Origin: Lama guanicoe
Lineage: Eukaryota
NCBI GenBank assembly: GCA_013239625.1
Contig: MU054323.1
Location: 12,097,694-12,161,693, forward strand
DNA: 64,000 nt
Direction: 5' to 3'
Position 1 is the stretch's first letter; each line of letters starts with the position of its first letter. The notes under the pieces were generated by a model. The model saw only the letters and a list, made by a program, of their open reading frames with translations. It was not told the origin of the DNA and did no database searches. Below, in pieces: positions 1 to 13,029 of this stretch. A program made the translations under genes and the position numbers.

Positions 1-223
1 GGGTAGAGGGTGGGAAGGGATAGACTGGGATTTCAAAATTGTAGAATAGATAAACAAGATTACACTGTATAGCACAGGGAAATATACACAAAATGTTATG
101 ATAAATCACAGAGAAAAAAATGTGACAATGAGTGTGTTATGTCCATGAATGACTGAAAAATTGTGCTGAACACTGGAATTTGACACAACATTGTAAAATG
201 ATTATAAATCAATAAAAAAAAAA
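1..223 (+). mobile_element. Young L1 3' UTR tail with poly(A), cut by the window edge; camelid-like
   Basis: Ends tcaataaaaaaaaaaaa. Highly similar to a second copy at ~58340-58560. Confidence 0.8.
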
Positions 224-1594
224 ACTCTCCACCCAAGAAGAAAATCAGGGGCCCAGAATACCAAACTGTAAAAAAGGAAGAAGTTCACAACATGAAGTTT
301 CAGTTTTGCTTTAGGCATATTTTTCAAATGATCAGAGCTAGAAGTGTCTGACAGTGTAGGAGACACGTGGTTTTTGGGGTGGTTGGATGCTGAAGGTAGA
401 GGGACCCTCTTTGGACTACAGCAAAGTCATTTAATAAAAGGAATGGGCCCATGGTTCCAATCCCATCTGTTCATATTTTATGATAATTCTCTCCCGGCCT
501 GAACTTCCCTCTTCTGTGCCTTGTGCACTGTTTTCCTACACTTGGGATGCTCTGTGCCCAGGCCGTGCCTAATTACTTGTTACCAGTTCAAAGGCTTCAT
601 GGTTTCTGAGGGCTGGACCCTGGTTTTGACATCTCTTCCTTTGATTCCTGTAGCATTTTCTTTAAGCCTGGCAATTTTTGTTTTGAGGTGTGTATTAGCT
701 ATTTGTGTACTTGTAATATTGCCCCTGTTTCCCTGTCACACCTCTGATTCGGTGACTATGCCACATTCACCTCAATACTCTTAAGTAGAGCACCCAGCAC
801 AAAACAACCTGGTTACAATTATCACACAGTACACATAACATAGCACCTGGCACATAGTAGGTTCTCCTTTATGGTTTGCCTTCTCTTTTGACTGGGTGGA
901 AGGATGAATGTCTGGGTGGATAAATGGATGTGTGGACTGACTGACAAAGGAAGGAACTCAGGCAATTTTGTCAGTCCTTGGAGCACCTCCATAAGCAGAG
1001 TGCTGTATCCCTTAGGAAAATCTTACTTCATTTGCGTATCTGTGGGGAACACTAGAGAACGTTGTGCTGTAGATGATTTCAATTCTAACCCTAGCTGTCA
1101 TTCACTGGGAACTGGTTTAAGGTCATCCTGATAATAAGCACCCAAGATCTCTGCAGTTCCACTTCTTGGTTTCAGAGCCCCCTCTGCCTACACGTTTTCC
1201 ACTTCGGACCTGCCAAAATGAGGGCAAGTCCCCCAAATCAACTACTGCAGACGAGGCAAGGATCTGTCAGTGTCCAGAGAAGGCTTTCCCACTCATCATA
1301 GAAGTTGTTTTCATAGCTGCTCTGAGAGATCAGCTAGACAAGTGTTATTTCCATTACACAATAAAGCTTTGCTTAAATCCTATCCTGCCAAAACAGGTAT
1401 ATTCATTATGTTAGCAGCCTTTCTCTTTTCTCAGGGACACAGTCATATGTGTTTGTGGTGTGATTCTTATCTGAGAGGGGTTCCTCTTCTGGCTTTGAAG
1501 TGAGGAAGAAAGCAGGAGGTGTATGGAAAGTCTGAGACAGAAAGGAAGGGAATGAGAATCTGCACTGAAGTACATGAGCCTACAGTTTACAGAA

Positions 1595-1790
1595 TGTCGG
1601 CTGTGCCAGACACTTGGTGTGTATGTCACTGTGAACCTCATAACGACCCTGAAGGGCAAATACTGTGATCCTCATTTCATAGACATGAGCACTTAATGCC
1701 ATGGCTCAAGGGTACACAGCTTAAAAGCAGCCCAGCTACGATCTGAACCTGGGTGGTCTTTCTCCGAAGCTTTAAGCGTGTGCCACTACC
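1595..1790 (-). mobile_element. MIR SINE
   Basis: Degenerate MIR core: cctcatttcatagacatgag...ggtacacagct...tctgaacctggg. Confidence 0.6.
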
Positions 1791-1929
1791 TCAGGCTACT
1801 CTATTTCCAGCTCATGGTGTAAACACAACCTCCTTCCCTGCACATTTCTTAGATTGCAGTATCTTCGCCAAGTCTTTGAAATTTAGTCTTTTAAAAATCC
1901 GTCTCACACAGTATAGTCTCACTCTTTAT

Positions 1930-4570
1930 GCGAACAATTTTTTAACATAGAGAAAACTATGGAGAAAAAAATCACACATGATGTATCTATGTACTTTATG
2001 GCTTTAACAAATTCTAGCAATTTGCCATTTTTGCTTCTAATCTTTTTTTAAAAAAAATAAAATGTTAATAGTACAGTTAAAGACTCTGATATAACTCTTC
2101 CTAAACTCATTTTCGTCCTTCCATTCCCAGAGGCAATAATTATTCCAAAATTGGTTTGTATCATTTCTGTGTTTTTATACTTCTACTGCATATGTATATT
2201 CATAAACAACATTTGTTATTTTTCTGTGGAGTTTTTAAAACATCAAATGAATGATATCACACTTAATGTAATATTCTACTACCTGTATTTTTTTGCCTAA
2301 AATACTCTGCATAATATTCCATAACCTGTTTCTGAGCTTTCTCCTTGCTTACATAGGTGGCTCTAATTTATTTATTTTAACTCTGTATAGAACTTCACTG
2401 CATGGACACAAGTTATTAATAGTCCTGTTGATCAACATAGAGGTTGTTTCTAAATTTGTGATTGCAGAAAAATGCGACCACAAGCATTCTTGTACGTGTC
2501 TTCTTGAGTAGATGTGTGAGAGTTTCTCTAAACAAGCACTGTCTAGTAGAAATAAAATGCTAGCCATATATATAATTTAAAATTTTCCAGTAGCCACATT
2601 TTAACAAATTAAAAGTAACAGGTTAAATTTTAATCCTAATACTATGCTGTATTTAACCAACATATCCAAAGTATTATAATTCCAGTAAGTAATCAGTACA
2701 AAATTGTGAATCAGATACTGTATATTCTTTTTCTTATACTAAGTCTTTTCAATCTGATGTTTACGTTTAAATTACATCTCAGTTTTTCAAGTGCTCAAAT
2801 AGCTACATGTGGCTAGAGGCTACTGTAACAGAATGCAGCTACAGGCTATGTGCCTAAAGGTAGAATTGTTGAATTGTAACATAAGCAAAGTGACTGTATG
2901 AAAGTTTCCATTTCTGTGCATCCTTGCCAACAATTCAGTATTGACAGATATTTTAATTTTGTAAGTTTGATGGGTGCCAAATATCTCATTTTTTGTTTTT
3001 TCCCGACCAGTCATGAAGCTGAGCCTCTCATCATAGAGTAATTGTCTGTTCAGGTTTCCTCTTCCATGAATTGCCTCTTCAAAATCTTTGCCATTGGGGG
3101 ATTACTGGTTTGTGAAGGTTGTGCACATAGTCTCGATTACTGTTCCTGATTGGATATGTTTATTGCAAATACATTCTTTAAGGCAATGGCTTGTCTTTTT
3201 AACCACCTCTATCGTACATTTTCTTCTGCATAAGTTTTTTTAAAGTTGTTATCAATTGTTTTCTTTTTTGCACTTTTTTTAGTCATTTTTAAAGAAATTC
3301 TTTCCTGTATCACAGTCATAAATATATTTTTCTATAATTTCTCCTAAAAATTCACTTTCACACATTTAGACCTTTAATCTAACTGTAATTTATTTTTTGC
3401 ATGAAATGAGTCCAAAATCTAATTTTTTCCCAAGTGGACAATTAGTCAACTGTCCCAGAAATGACTGTTAGTGATCTTTTCCCCATTTGTAAGATCTGCC
3501 ATTTCTGATTATATATATATAAAATATCATCAACATCATTATGAATTTATTTGTTTCAGGGTCCACATTCTATTCCAGTAGCCTAACTGTTTCTCCCCAA
3601 CTCAATTGCATACTTTCCTTAATATCTGTATCTTCAAAATAAGTTTTATTTCTGCTTAGGAAAGGCTACTAAATTTTTTCTCCCTTAAAACTGTCTTTGC
3701 TCACATTGGCTTTCTCTTATCTGTTTCCTATAAATTTTAGAATCAGCCCATAAAGTTCCATGAAATACCCTGTTGGGATTTTTACCAGAAATGCACCAAA
3801 TTTATGAAGTGGTACATGGACACTTGATAAGTTCCTATTTTTCACTCTTCTCATCTAGGAACACAGTATAGCTCTCTGTTGATTCAGGTATAATTTGTCC
3901 TTCAGTATGTTTTCTAATGTTCTCTATAAAGGGGCTAGTACATCTTTCATTTTTAATGAGATTTATCCCTAAATACCTTTCAGGTTTTGTTACTACTATG
4001 AATGGCATTTTATTCTATTAACTATTGATTATTTCTAGTATAAAGGAAAGCTATTAATTTCTGTTAATAATTCTTTTAACCAAAACATTTCCTTAATTCT
4101 CTTTTTATTTCTACTCATTGTATTCATATTCATTGGAATCCTATGAAAACAAAAATATATCTGTAAATAAAGATGGTTTTGTGTTTTCCATTTCAATTCC
4201 CATACCTTATTTTTTTTTTCCCTATCTCCTGTTAATGGCTATGACCTCTAATGCTATTTTGCATTGTAAAGGTAAGCACGCTTCTCTTCTTCCTGAGGTT
4301 TAGCTCTTAAATGTGATCCTCTCTGTAGCATTTGAAGGGCATTGTTTGTAAAATCAAGAGAGGAGTTTCTTTTATTCTTAGTTTGTTAAGAGTTTCTTTT
4401 TAATCACTAACAACGAGTATTGATTCTCAAATGCTTTTTATGCACCTATTTGAATCATCATATAGCATTTCCTTGTATCTATTATGGGAAGAATAACACT
4501 AATACCCTTTTGGATGTTGAGCCATCCTTATATCTGTGGAATAATCCCTCTTATTGTGATATATAATATA
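1930..4570 (-). mobile_element. Old, degraded L1M (3' UTR and ORF2 remnants)
   Basis: T-rich antisense L1 phrases, e.g. catccttgccaaca, taaattttagaatcagc, atgttgagccatcctt. Confidence 0.65.
2535..2838 (+). mobile_element. MER33-like hAT-Charlie MITE nested in L1M
   Basis: Starts agcactgtctagtagaaataaaatgctagccata and ends tcaagtgctcaaatagctacatgtggctagaggctactgta. Confidence 0.7.
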
Positions 4571-6039
4571 TACATTGCTAGTTTATGGACCGTGGCTATC
4601 ACAAGCAATGTACCTTTTTAATCACTTTGGGTCTCTGTTTTATTATCTGTACCTACTCCTGGCTTATAAGATCACTCTGGTGTTTCCTCTTGTTTGGAAG
4701 CCCCTTATTCTGTCCCCTGACCTCCTGGGAAGTTTGAACACCAAGTATGAAGGCAAATAGATTGACCTAGGTGACCTCTGAACAAGACGTTAGCAAGGAA
4801 ACCCCTTCCTCCTTCAGTCTTTGATGAGCTTTTCCTTGACTTTACTTCTCTTAGCCTTCCCTCACCTGGGAGGAAGAGAACAGGGAGTGGCCCAGGACAA
4901 AGTGATCAAAAGACCCCCTTACCTGCTTTTGAGGTCAGCATTAATCCATTCTGAAGCTGAGTGGTCAGCCAGCTCACCACACATCTGAGGGAAAACCTGC
5001 AATAACACATTGTTTTTGCCTGAAGTTTTTCCTCTGTATAGCTCCCTGGAGAGCCTGTGCTGGCCATGGTAGCTAATCTTGGGGGTTCCTGGGAGCTGGC
5101 AAAAGGTCAGCTCAGTTGAACAAACAACTGATGTAAGAAATAATTCTCATTGCCCAGACTTGTGTTCACTTTTACAACAATACAGGCACCATGAAGACAA
5201 AAACAGCATGACAAGCATCTGACTGCAATCCAGTCTTCTTTCTCAAAGCCCTTTCTCTCTCTTGCACATCCTGAGAGACACCAGCTTAGGCAGCCTCTTT
5301 CCCACTGGAAAGGCCCTGAACCAGCCCTTCTAGAAGAGGATCAATTAGCAAGCCAGCATTAGATTGTTCTGTATTCCAGGCTGCAGCGGTGCAAGGCGCT
5401 CATTAATAAAATAGACACAGTTACATTTAATATGCATTCATAAAATAGACAGAGTCAATGGAAAGACTCAGAGAATCAATTATTTGTCATATTGATTATG
5501 ATCTTTTTGCACAAATTGTGGGCTCTGTTTCTGATAATGAAGACTAACTTAACAGAAAGAAGACTAAGAAGGATTACATCACCAGATCTCTCAGTTCCAG
5601 AGCACTTCGCTCTCCATCTAAGCTTCAAATGTTTGTTTCCTAGAGAAAACCTGCAGTAAGCCATGAAGAATCCTTTAAACATTCACTCCCTCCTGGTTGC
5701 AACAGATGAGGCAGGCAAATTACTGGGTACAGAGATAAGCTTGAGGGGCGGGAGACCCAAAATTGCTTAAAGGTTCTCTTTGAAGGAGGATATGAAACAA
5801 CCGATAGTTTACAGAATAGAGACAATGTCTTAAGAGAACACACACCACCCTACACACTATTCCATCAGGTATATCCTTGGTCAGATGTCTACATTTCCAA
5901 GCAGGAAAAGTCCTGCTACTTATGCTGGTGGGAAGTAGACTGGGACCTGGGCTACCATAGGCATTAGATCTACCCCTGAGGAGCTGAGGGCTGTCTGCAG
6001 GAAAGCGTTCATGAACCTACACATCCTTGGAAGGAACTC

Positions 6040-7700
6040 CTTCAAACCCCACAAACACAACAAATTTACAACTACATATGGAATAATTCCCTCAGAAAAA
6101 CAGCCTGAATACTGGATGAACAGAGCCTCCACAACCAAGGGTGAAAGGACAGCATCTGGATGGATAGGAGAGGGGGAAATAAGGTCTTGCCAAGGAAAAC
6201 CCCACATCCCAGCCACATCAATCCACAACCAGAAGGGATCACAAAGGTAATATTTTCCCTGAGAAGCAACAGACTCCATATCAGGCACTTCAGCCCCTAG
6301 ATCAGACAGAGGAGAGATAAGCCCCCAAAACATCTGGCTTTGAAAATCAATGGGGAGTACACCCAGGAAAACTAGAGTTGCAGGGGAAAAACAAAAACTC
6401 TTAAAGGGTTTGCACAAAGACTCCCTCAACCCAAAACCATTGCAAAGACACTAGATTGAAAAATGCATGAACCATAAGTAAATAGGGCCTACTTACTAAT
6501 CTTGAAGCATCTGCCAAAGAGGCAGGAACCACTTAGGACATTCCCCAGGGACTGGGTCACTAGTGAGAGCCATTTATGTGATCTCAGGCTACCCTGATAA
6601 CACCAGCACTGGCAGGCACCATTTGGAATACTCTATCTAACCTGCTAGCACCAGTGGGCATGCCTTATCAAGAGCCCCGCCCATGTCTGCACGTGGCCAG
6701 ACCTCACAGTCAACTGAGCAATAGCCTTGCCCACCAACGTCCCACGGCAGCCATGGACTCACCACAACAGAAGGGCGCACACAGCCCACACAGAGGACAC
6801 CCCTTAGCAGCTGGCTTTGGTGGTCAGGCAGGATTGTACTGCTAAGCCTCACAGGACATCTAAATAAAGTCACTCCTTCAAGACAGGGAAAAAATAGTGG
6901 ATTTACCTAATACATAGAAACAAACAGAGAGTTAAGCAAAAGGAGGAGACAAAGGAATATGGTCCAATCAAAAGAACAAGATAAAAAACCTAAGAAAAAG
7001 GACTAAATGAAACGGAGGTAAGCAATCTGCATGATAAAGGGTTCATTTAATGGTCTTGAAGATACTCACCAAACTCAGGAGAAGAATGGGTGAACACAGT
7101 GAGAACTTCAACCAAGATATAGAAAATATGAGAAAGTACCAAACAGAAGTTATAACTGAACTGAAAAATGCAGGAGAGGAGTTCAACAGCAGAGCAGACG
7201 AGGTGGAAGAACGAATCAGCAAGCTGGAGGACAAAGTAACAGAATTCACCCAGAAAGAGCAGCAGAATGAAAAAAGAATTTTAGAAAGTGAAGATACTTT
7301 AATGGGCCTTCAGGACAAAATCAAGCAGAATAAATAACATTCACCTTATAGGGGTCCCAGGAGTTGAGAGAGAGGAAGGACCAGAGAAAATACCTAAAGA
7401 AATAGTGGCTGAAAACTTCCCCAGTCTGGGGAAAGAAACAGACATCCGGGTCCAGGAAGCACACAGAGTTCTGAATAAGATAAACCCAAGAGACACACCC
7501 CAAGACACATTATAATTAAAATGAGAGAGAGAATCCTAAAAGCAGCAAGAGAAAAACAACTTATTATATACAAGGGCAACTTCGTAAAGCTATCAGCAGA
7601 TTTTTCAGCAGAAACTTTACAAACCAAAAGGGAGTGGCATGACACACTCAAAGTGCTGAAAGGAAAAAGCTTCCAACTAAGAATCCTCTACATGCAAGTT
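6040..7700 (+). mobile_element. L1 5' UTR plus frameshifted ORF1, 3'-truncated
   Basis: ORFs 7050..7337 (coiled coil, EERISKLEDK) and 7521..7715 (ERILKAAREKQ, LSADFSAETLQTKREW) are L1 ORF1p. Homology stops at RILY. Confidence 0.88.
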
Positions 7701-8069
7701 GTACGGGATCACTGAGAAATTCATGAACTACAGATCAGCAAAGGGAGTAAGTCTGACCTCCCTCTAGATGTCAGGGGAACTTGAAAGAAGGGAGTGAGAC
7801 CTGAGCAGGATTCTGAAGAAAAAGTTGAACTAGCTGAGGAAAATAAATGGAGTGGGGGAGATATTCTTGGTTTGCGTGGAAGAGGAACAAAAGTTTGAAG
7901 ACGTAATTGAGTGCAGAATGTTAACATGACATGAAGGAAGTTGAGTATAGAAAAAATACACAAGCGGTTCGTAAGATACGAGCCAAGTCATAGAAGATCT
8001 TGTAAGCGGATAAATTTGACTTCATGAAATACAGAGCCTTATTAGAAAATCTATCAATTTAGCTGCTAT

Positions 8070-8330
8070 CAGCCACAGGATTGAGTGATGCAAGTGAGGG
8101 GAATGAGATACTTGACTCCAAGTGCAAAATTTTAGGAGACACAAAAAACTTAGGAATCAAGATAAATAATATTCTAATGCAGCATTTTAAAGACAAATCA
8201 ATGTTTTTTAAAAAGTCCATGATGAATAAAATGTTGAGGTTTTAAACAAAGGCAGAATCGGTAACAGTGGCATGCCAAGCCATTTTAAAACCTAAGACAA
8301 AAGCAAAAATAAGTAATACCTTATCCTCTT
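8070..8330 (+). mobile_element. hAT-type DNA transposon remnant (MER96B-like)
   Basis: gtgcaaaattttaggagacacaaaaaacttaggaatcaagataaataatatt...tccatgatgaataaaat resembles the consensus as I recall it. Confidence 0.45.
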
Positions 8331-8749
8331 TTTGGAAACTCAGAACATGTATTAGAATATTAAAGGCTCTGAAAAATCCTACAGAAAAAAATCCTATTCA
8401 ACTTTTTTTAATCCTACAGATTCCAAATGTATTTACTCACACAACCTTTTTGCAAACAACATCTCTTATTACTGTAGAATATTTTTCAGGACAGGCCAAT
8501 ATACTCTAACTTTTTAAAAAACTGATAATGAAACCAAGGCATTGAGAGTCAGCAAGATCTTTCATGTTAACTAGGAGTAAATCAATGAAAAATGTAGTAA
8601 ATGTATGAGTTCTTTCCTTCATTAATAAGTGTGGTACAATGGATAATTTAAAACCTTTCTTTATTTTACAGACTTTAAGTCACTATTATTATTAATTCAT
8701 CAAGAACTGTCTATGAATATGACTGTATAAATTGTAAGGGACTGGGTTA

Positions 8750-11700
8750 AACCTATGTTGACTTCAAGGTAAAATATTATCTTTGGTTTCTGCTATTTTG
8801 ATTACTGTATTGGGAAATGAACACCCAATAACCTGATCTTGCTGTATATAAGAGGTAGTAAAAGCTGGACAAAATACAAAAACAATTACCTGAGACTCTA
8901 GAGATGGAAAAAAAGCAGGCAATTTTTGGAGGAGAGTTGAAATCTGCTGCAAGGAACACAATGGGAAACAATAACTTCCTCTTTTTTTTGTGGCTTTCTT
9001 CTGAAGGCAGTAACTTGAACGTGGATCAATAGAAAGTATATAATCTAAACAACAGGGAAAAAATCAACATAGCATCATGGATACAGGAAACAGCTTCAAA
9101 AGGTCTGACACATAAGTAAATGCAGTTAAAGACAAAGAGGAGAAAGGAAGAGGAGCAGAAAAAATATTTTAAGAAATAATGGCCAAAACCTTCCAAAATT
9201 AGGTAAATGACTTAAATTTACAAATTCTGTACTTTCATGAAACCCAAACAGGATAAACTTGAAGAGAACCATACCTACTCACATCACGTTCAAACAGTTG
9301 AAAAACCGAAGATAAAAAGAAAATCCTGAAATATGATTTCTGAAAATGACACATAACATTCAACAATTATTTGAATGATCATGATTTCTCATCAGAAACC
9401 ACAAAGGCCAGCACACAGTGGTAAAAACTGTTCACTAAGAATTTTGTATCTCACAAAAAATATTTTTTAAGAATGAAGGTGAAATGAAGATATTTTCAAA
9501 TAATGGGAAACTAGGGGGATTCAATGCTACCAAACTTGCACTGCAAGAAATGTTAGTGAGTTCTTTAGGCTGATGGAAAATGATACCACAAGAAAATTCA
9601 AGTTAAGAGTAAGTATAGAGATATACGTACAAGACGATTTTTTCTCTTAATTTCTTTATAATACACAGATCGTTGTTTAAAGACAAAATTTTAACATTGC
9701 CTTATAGAGTTTACTATGTAGGTAAATGTAACACATATGACAACTACAAAATAAGCATGGTGGGGCATAAATGAATGGATCTACACAATTGCAAGGAATG
9801 TATATATATTTACATATGAAATGATATAAAATTAATTCAAAGTTACTAAGTCTAAGATTAATTCTAAGACCATGAAAAGCTATGGATGGATATGTAATTC
9901 TTAAAACATTAACTAAAAATATAACACAAAGAAGTATATCTAAAAAATCCAATACATAACATTAAAATGGAATTCTAAAATACATATAAACAATGTAAAA
10001 GAAGGCAGAAAATGAATAATAGAGGAACACTGAACAGAAGGGACAAACCAAATAAATAATAAATTGGTAGACTCAAATCCAGTCATATTAATAACTTCAT
10101 TAAATGCTAGTGGACTAAACGTAACAAAAAGTATCAGACTTGATTCTTTAAAGGCAAAACTAAACCTATGTTGCCTACAAGAGATGTATTTTAAATATAA
10201 AGATACAAAGACTGAAAGCAAATACATGGAAAAGATATACCACATAAACAGTCAAGATAAGAAGCTGGAATGATATATCAATATTAGATAAAACAGACTC
10301 TCTGATAAAAAGCATTGTCAATGAGAAAGAGAAGCATTTCATAATGTTAATGTTATCTATTAATTTTTTATCTCAATTGAGAAGATATAGCAATAAAAAA
10401 ATGGACACACACATCCCTAAGTGTCTCAAAATAAGTGCAGCAGAAATTGATAGACTTAGAAATAAACAATCTCATAATCGTAACAGAAGAATTTAACAAC
10501 CTTCTATCAGTAATTTATGGAATAACGAAACCAAAAAAAGTTAAAAATAGAATCTGCTATTGATCATCTTCACTTACATTGTACTTAAAAAACACGATAG
10601 CCAACAATGGCAGAATACACATTGTTTTCAAGTGCACATTGATCGTTTACAAATGTAGACCATATGTTAGGTCACAAAGCAGTTTTTAAAAATATAGAAG
10701 GATTCAATCCATACAAAGTATGTTATCTTATCCCATTGGAAGCAAATTAGAAACCAGTAACTTAAAAATATCTGAAAAACTTTGAAATATTTGATAACTA
10801 AATAAAGCACTTCTAAGTAGTCCAAAGGTCAAAGAATAAAACATAAAGGAAATAAAATATTTGAACTGAATGATAATGAATATACAACATACCAAAATTT
10901 GTGGGATGAAGCTAATGCAATGCTTCCAGGGAAATTTATAGCATTAAGTACTTAGGAAATAAGAAATCTAAGGTTCTACTTTTTAAAATTTGAAAAAGTA
11001 AATTAGAGTTCAAAATTTGTAAAACAATGTCATTACATTAACATCCCCAAATGGACTACTTTGATGTAAACCCTACAAAATATGTACAGGATCTGTATAC
11101 AGAAAAACAATGATACAAAACACTGACAAAAGAAATCAAGTAAGACCTACATAAATATGCATGGATTGGAAGACTCAGTCTTATTAATATGTCAGTTCTC
11201 TCCAGATTTAGCTGTAGTTACAATGCAATACAAATAAAAATATCAAAAAAAGGTTTTTTATAGATAATAATAAGCTGATTCTAAAATTTATATGGAAAGG
11301 CAAAGGAATTACAATAGCCAGAACAATTGTGAAAAAGAAAAAATTGGAGTATCCCACTATTCAATATCAAAACTTATAAATCTACAGTTATCAAGACAGT
11401 GCAGTATTGATAAAAAGACATACACGAATCAGTGAAACAGAATAGAGAGTGTAGAAATAGATCCCACAAATATAGTCAACAGGTTTTTGGCAAAAGTGCA
11501 AAACAAATCAATGGAAAAGAGACTTTTCAACAAATGGTGCTGGAGCAACTAGACATTAACTTAATGTTCATACAAAAATCTGTACACAAATGTTTATAGC
11601 ATTTTAATTTATAATTGTCAAAAACTAGCCATGACCCAAATATCCATCAACATGTGAAAGAATAAATAAATGTGATATTCTTTGGTAAATTTAATGCAGT

Positions 11701-12055
11701 ATTATTTGGGCATTAAATGGGAATGAACTACTAGTCCACACAAACACATGGATGATGCTCTGGACTGTTACGTTATGCTGAGTGAAGAATCCACACATAA
11801 TCCAGTACACAGTGTATGATTCCATTTAGGTAACATGCAAACTAACCTACAGTGAGAAAAAGCAGATCAGTGGTTGTCTGTGACCGGGGGTGGAGGGAAG
11901 AATGGACTGCAAAAGGCATAAGGAACCTTTTGAGGATGAGGAAATATTCTATATCATGAGTGGAGTGGTACCTTCATGGGTGTATGTAACTGTCAAATTC
12001 ATATACATACTTGAAATGGATATAGTTGTAAATAAATTATTTATCAAGTTGACAA
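8750..12055 (+). mobile_element. Old L1M with internal deletions (ORF1, endonuclease, late ORF2, 3' UTR)
   Basis: ORF 10064..10273 (ILITSLNASGLN...CCLQE) is an L1 endonuclease N-terminus remnant. Also catggattggaagactc and ttcaacaaatggtgctgg motifs. Confidence 0.8.
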
Positions 12056-12564
12056 AGAAAAGACATCTCTAATATCATTTTGCTTTCTTGTAATGTTTTT
12101 CTTTCTCCTAAAAATGCATGAAGAAAACATTTTTTGTCTAATAAAGTGATCTGCATCATCAAGTCACTGATGTATCATCTTTCTAGAGCTGCTTCTCCTC
12201 TATCAGTTTCTCCATCTTTCTTCTTTCACTAACTCCCTTCAATACAAGTCGTGCAAGTGTTTTGGTGCACTAACCTCAATTATGTAGTCAGACGTTTAGT
12301 AGCTGTTGCCCAGAATTTGGTGTTTCAGGAGATAGTTATCCCTGGAATTGAGCTAAACTTTTTGAGTCTTGCATTTTTCCATCCTTTATATCCAGGTGTT
12401 ACTGGCTCAGACTCGGAGCCCAGTGCAACTAAATTATTGATGCTTTGAGAGATCCTCGGCAGGGCTAGATTGATTTCGATGAACCAACTGGAACTGCAGG
12501 CCAGGCTTGCCCAAGAAAACCTGTCAACCAGGAATTTTGTCTTCAATGCCCAGCACTTAAGAGT

Positions 12565-12720
12565 CATGAACTGAGAAGTGGGCTTAGAGAATGCTCATCT
12601 AAACCATGGCTTCCATTTAACCTGACCTTCCTCAAGTCATCTACCAGACTCTTCTTGAACACTCCAGTGATGGGGAACTCACAGCCAGGTTCTTTGTCTT
12701 CCTTATAGTTAACCATCTCT
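12565..12720 (-). mobile_element. Possible ancient CR1/L3 LINE fragment
   Basis: cttcttgaacactccagtgatggggaactcac resembles the antisense CR1 3' region. Confidence 0.35.
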
Positions 12721-12823
12721 CTCTCCTTTGAAGTTTACCCCTTATTTCATTTCTGGCCTCTCTCCCCAGTCCATGGGGTGCCCATAATTCTCATCCCAAC
12801 CCCCAATTGCCCACAGGCCCTGC

Positions 12824-12856
12824 TGCACATCTAGACAGTCCCCACCAGAGGGCACT
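12824..12856 (+). promoter_or_regulatory. CTCF motif, core plus upstream module
   Basis: CCACCAGAGGGCAC at 12842-12855 matches CCASYAGRKGGCRS at every position. TGCAC lies 18 nt upstream. Confidence 0.55.
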
Positions 12857-13029
12857 CCAAGCACCACTCAAGTCTCTTCCCTCTGATGGCTCTTCGTCTG
12901 TGTCCACTTCTTTGCCCTGCCGCAGGTAGACCCTGTGACAAGGGGTCAGCCAGACAAACTAATTCCTGCCAAGAGATATTTAACTAAGTGTCAATTTCAG
13001 GTCACTTGGTGCTTTAACCCAACTAAAAG

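Noticed and set aside
5920..6429. 169-aa minus-strand ORF
   Set aside because: Lies antisense within the L1 5' UTR, starts at a non-ATG codon, and has no recognisable homology.
7050..7715. L1 ORF1-like ORFs as a domesticated gene (L1TD1-like)
   Set aside because: Broken by frameshifts and stops and truncated; an ordinary decayed L1.
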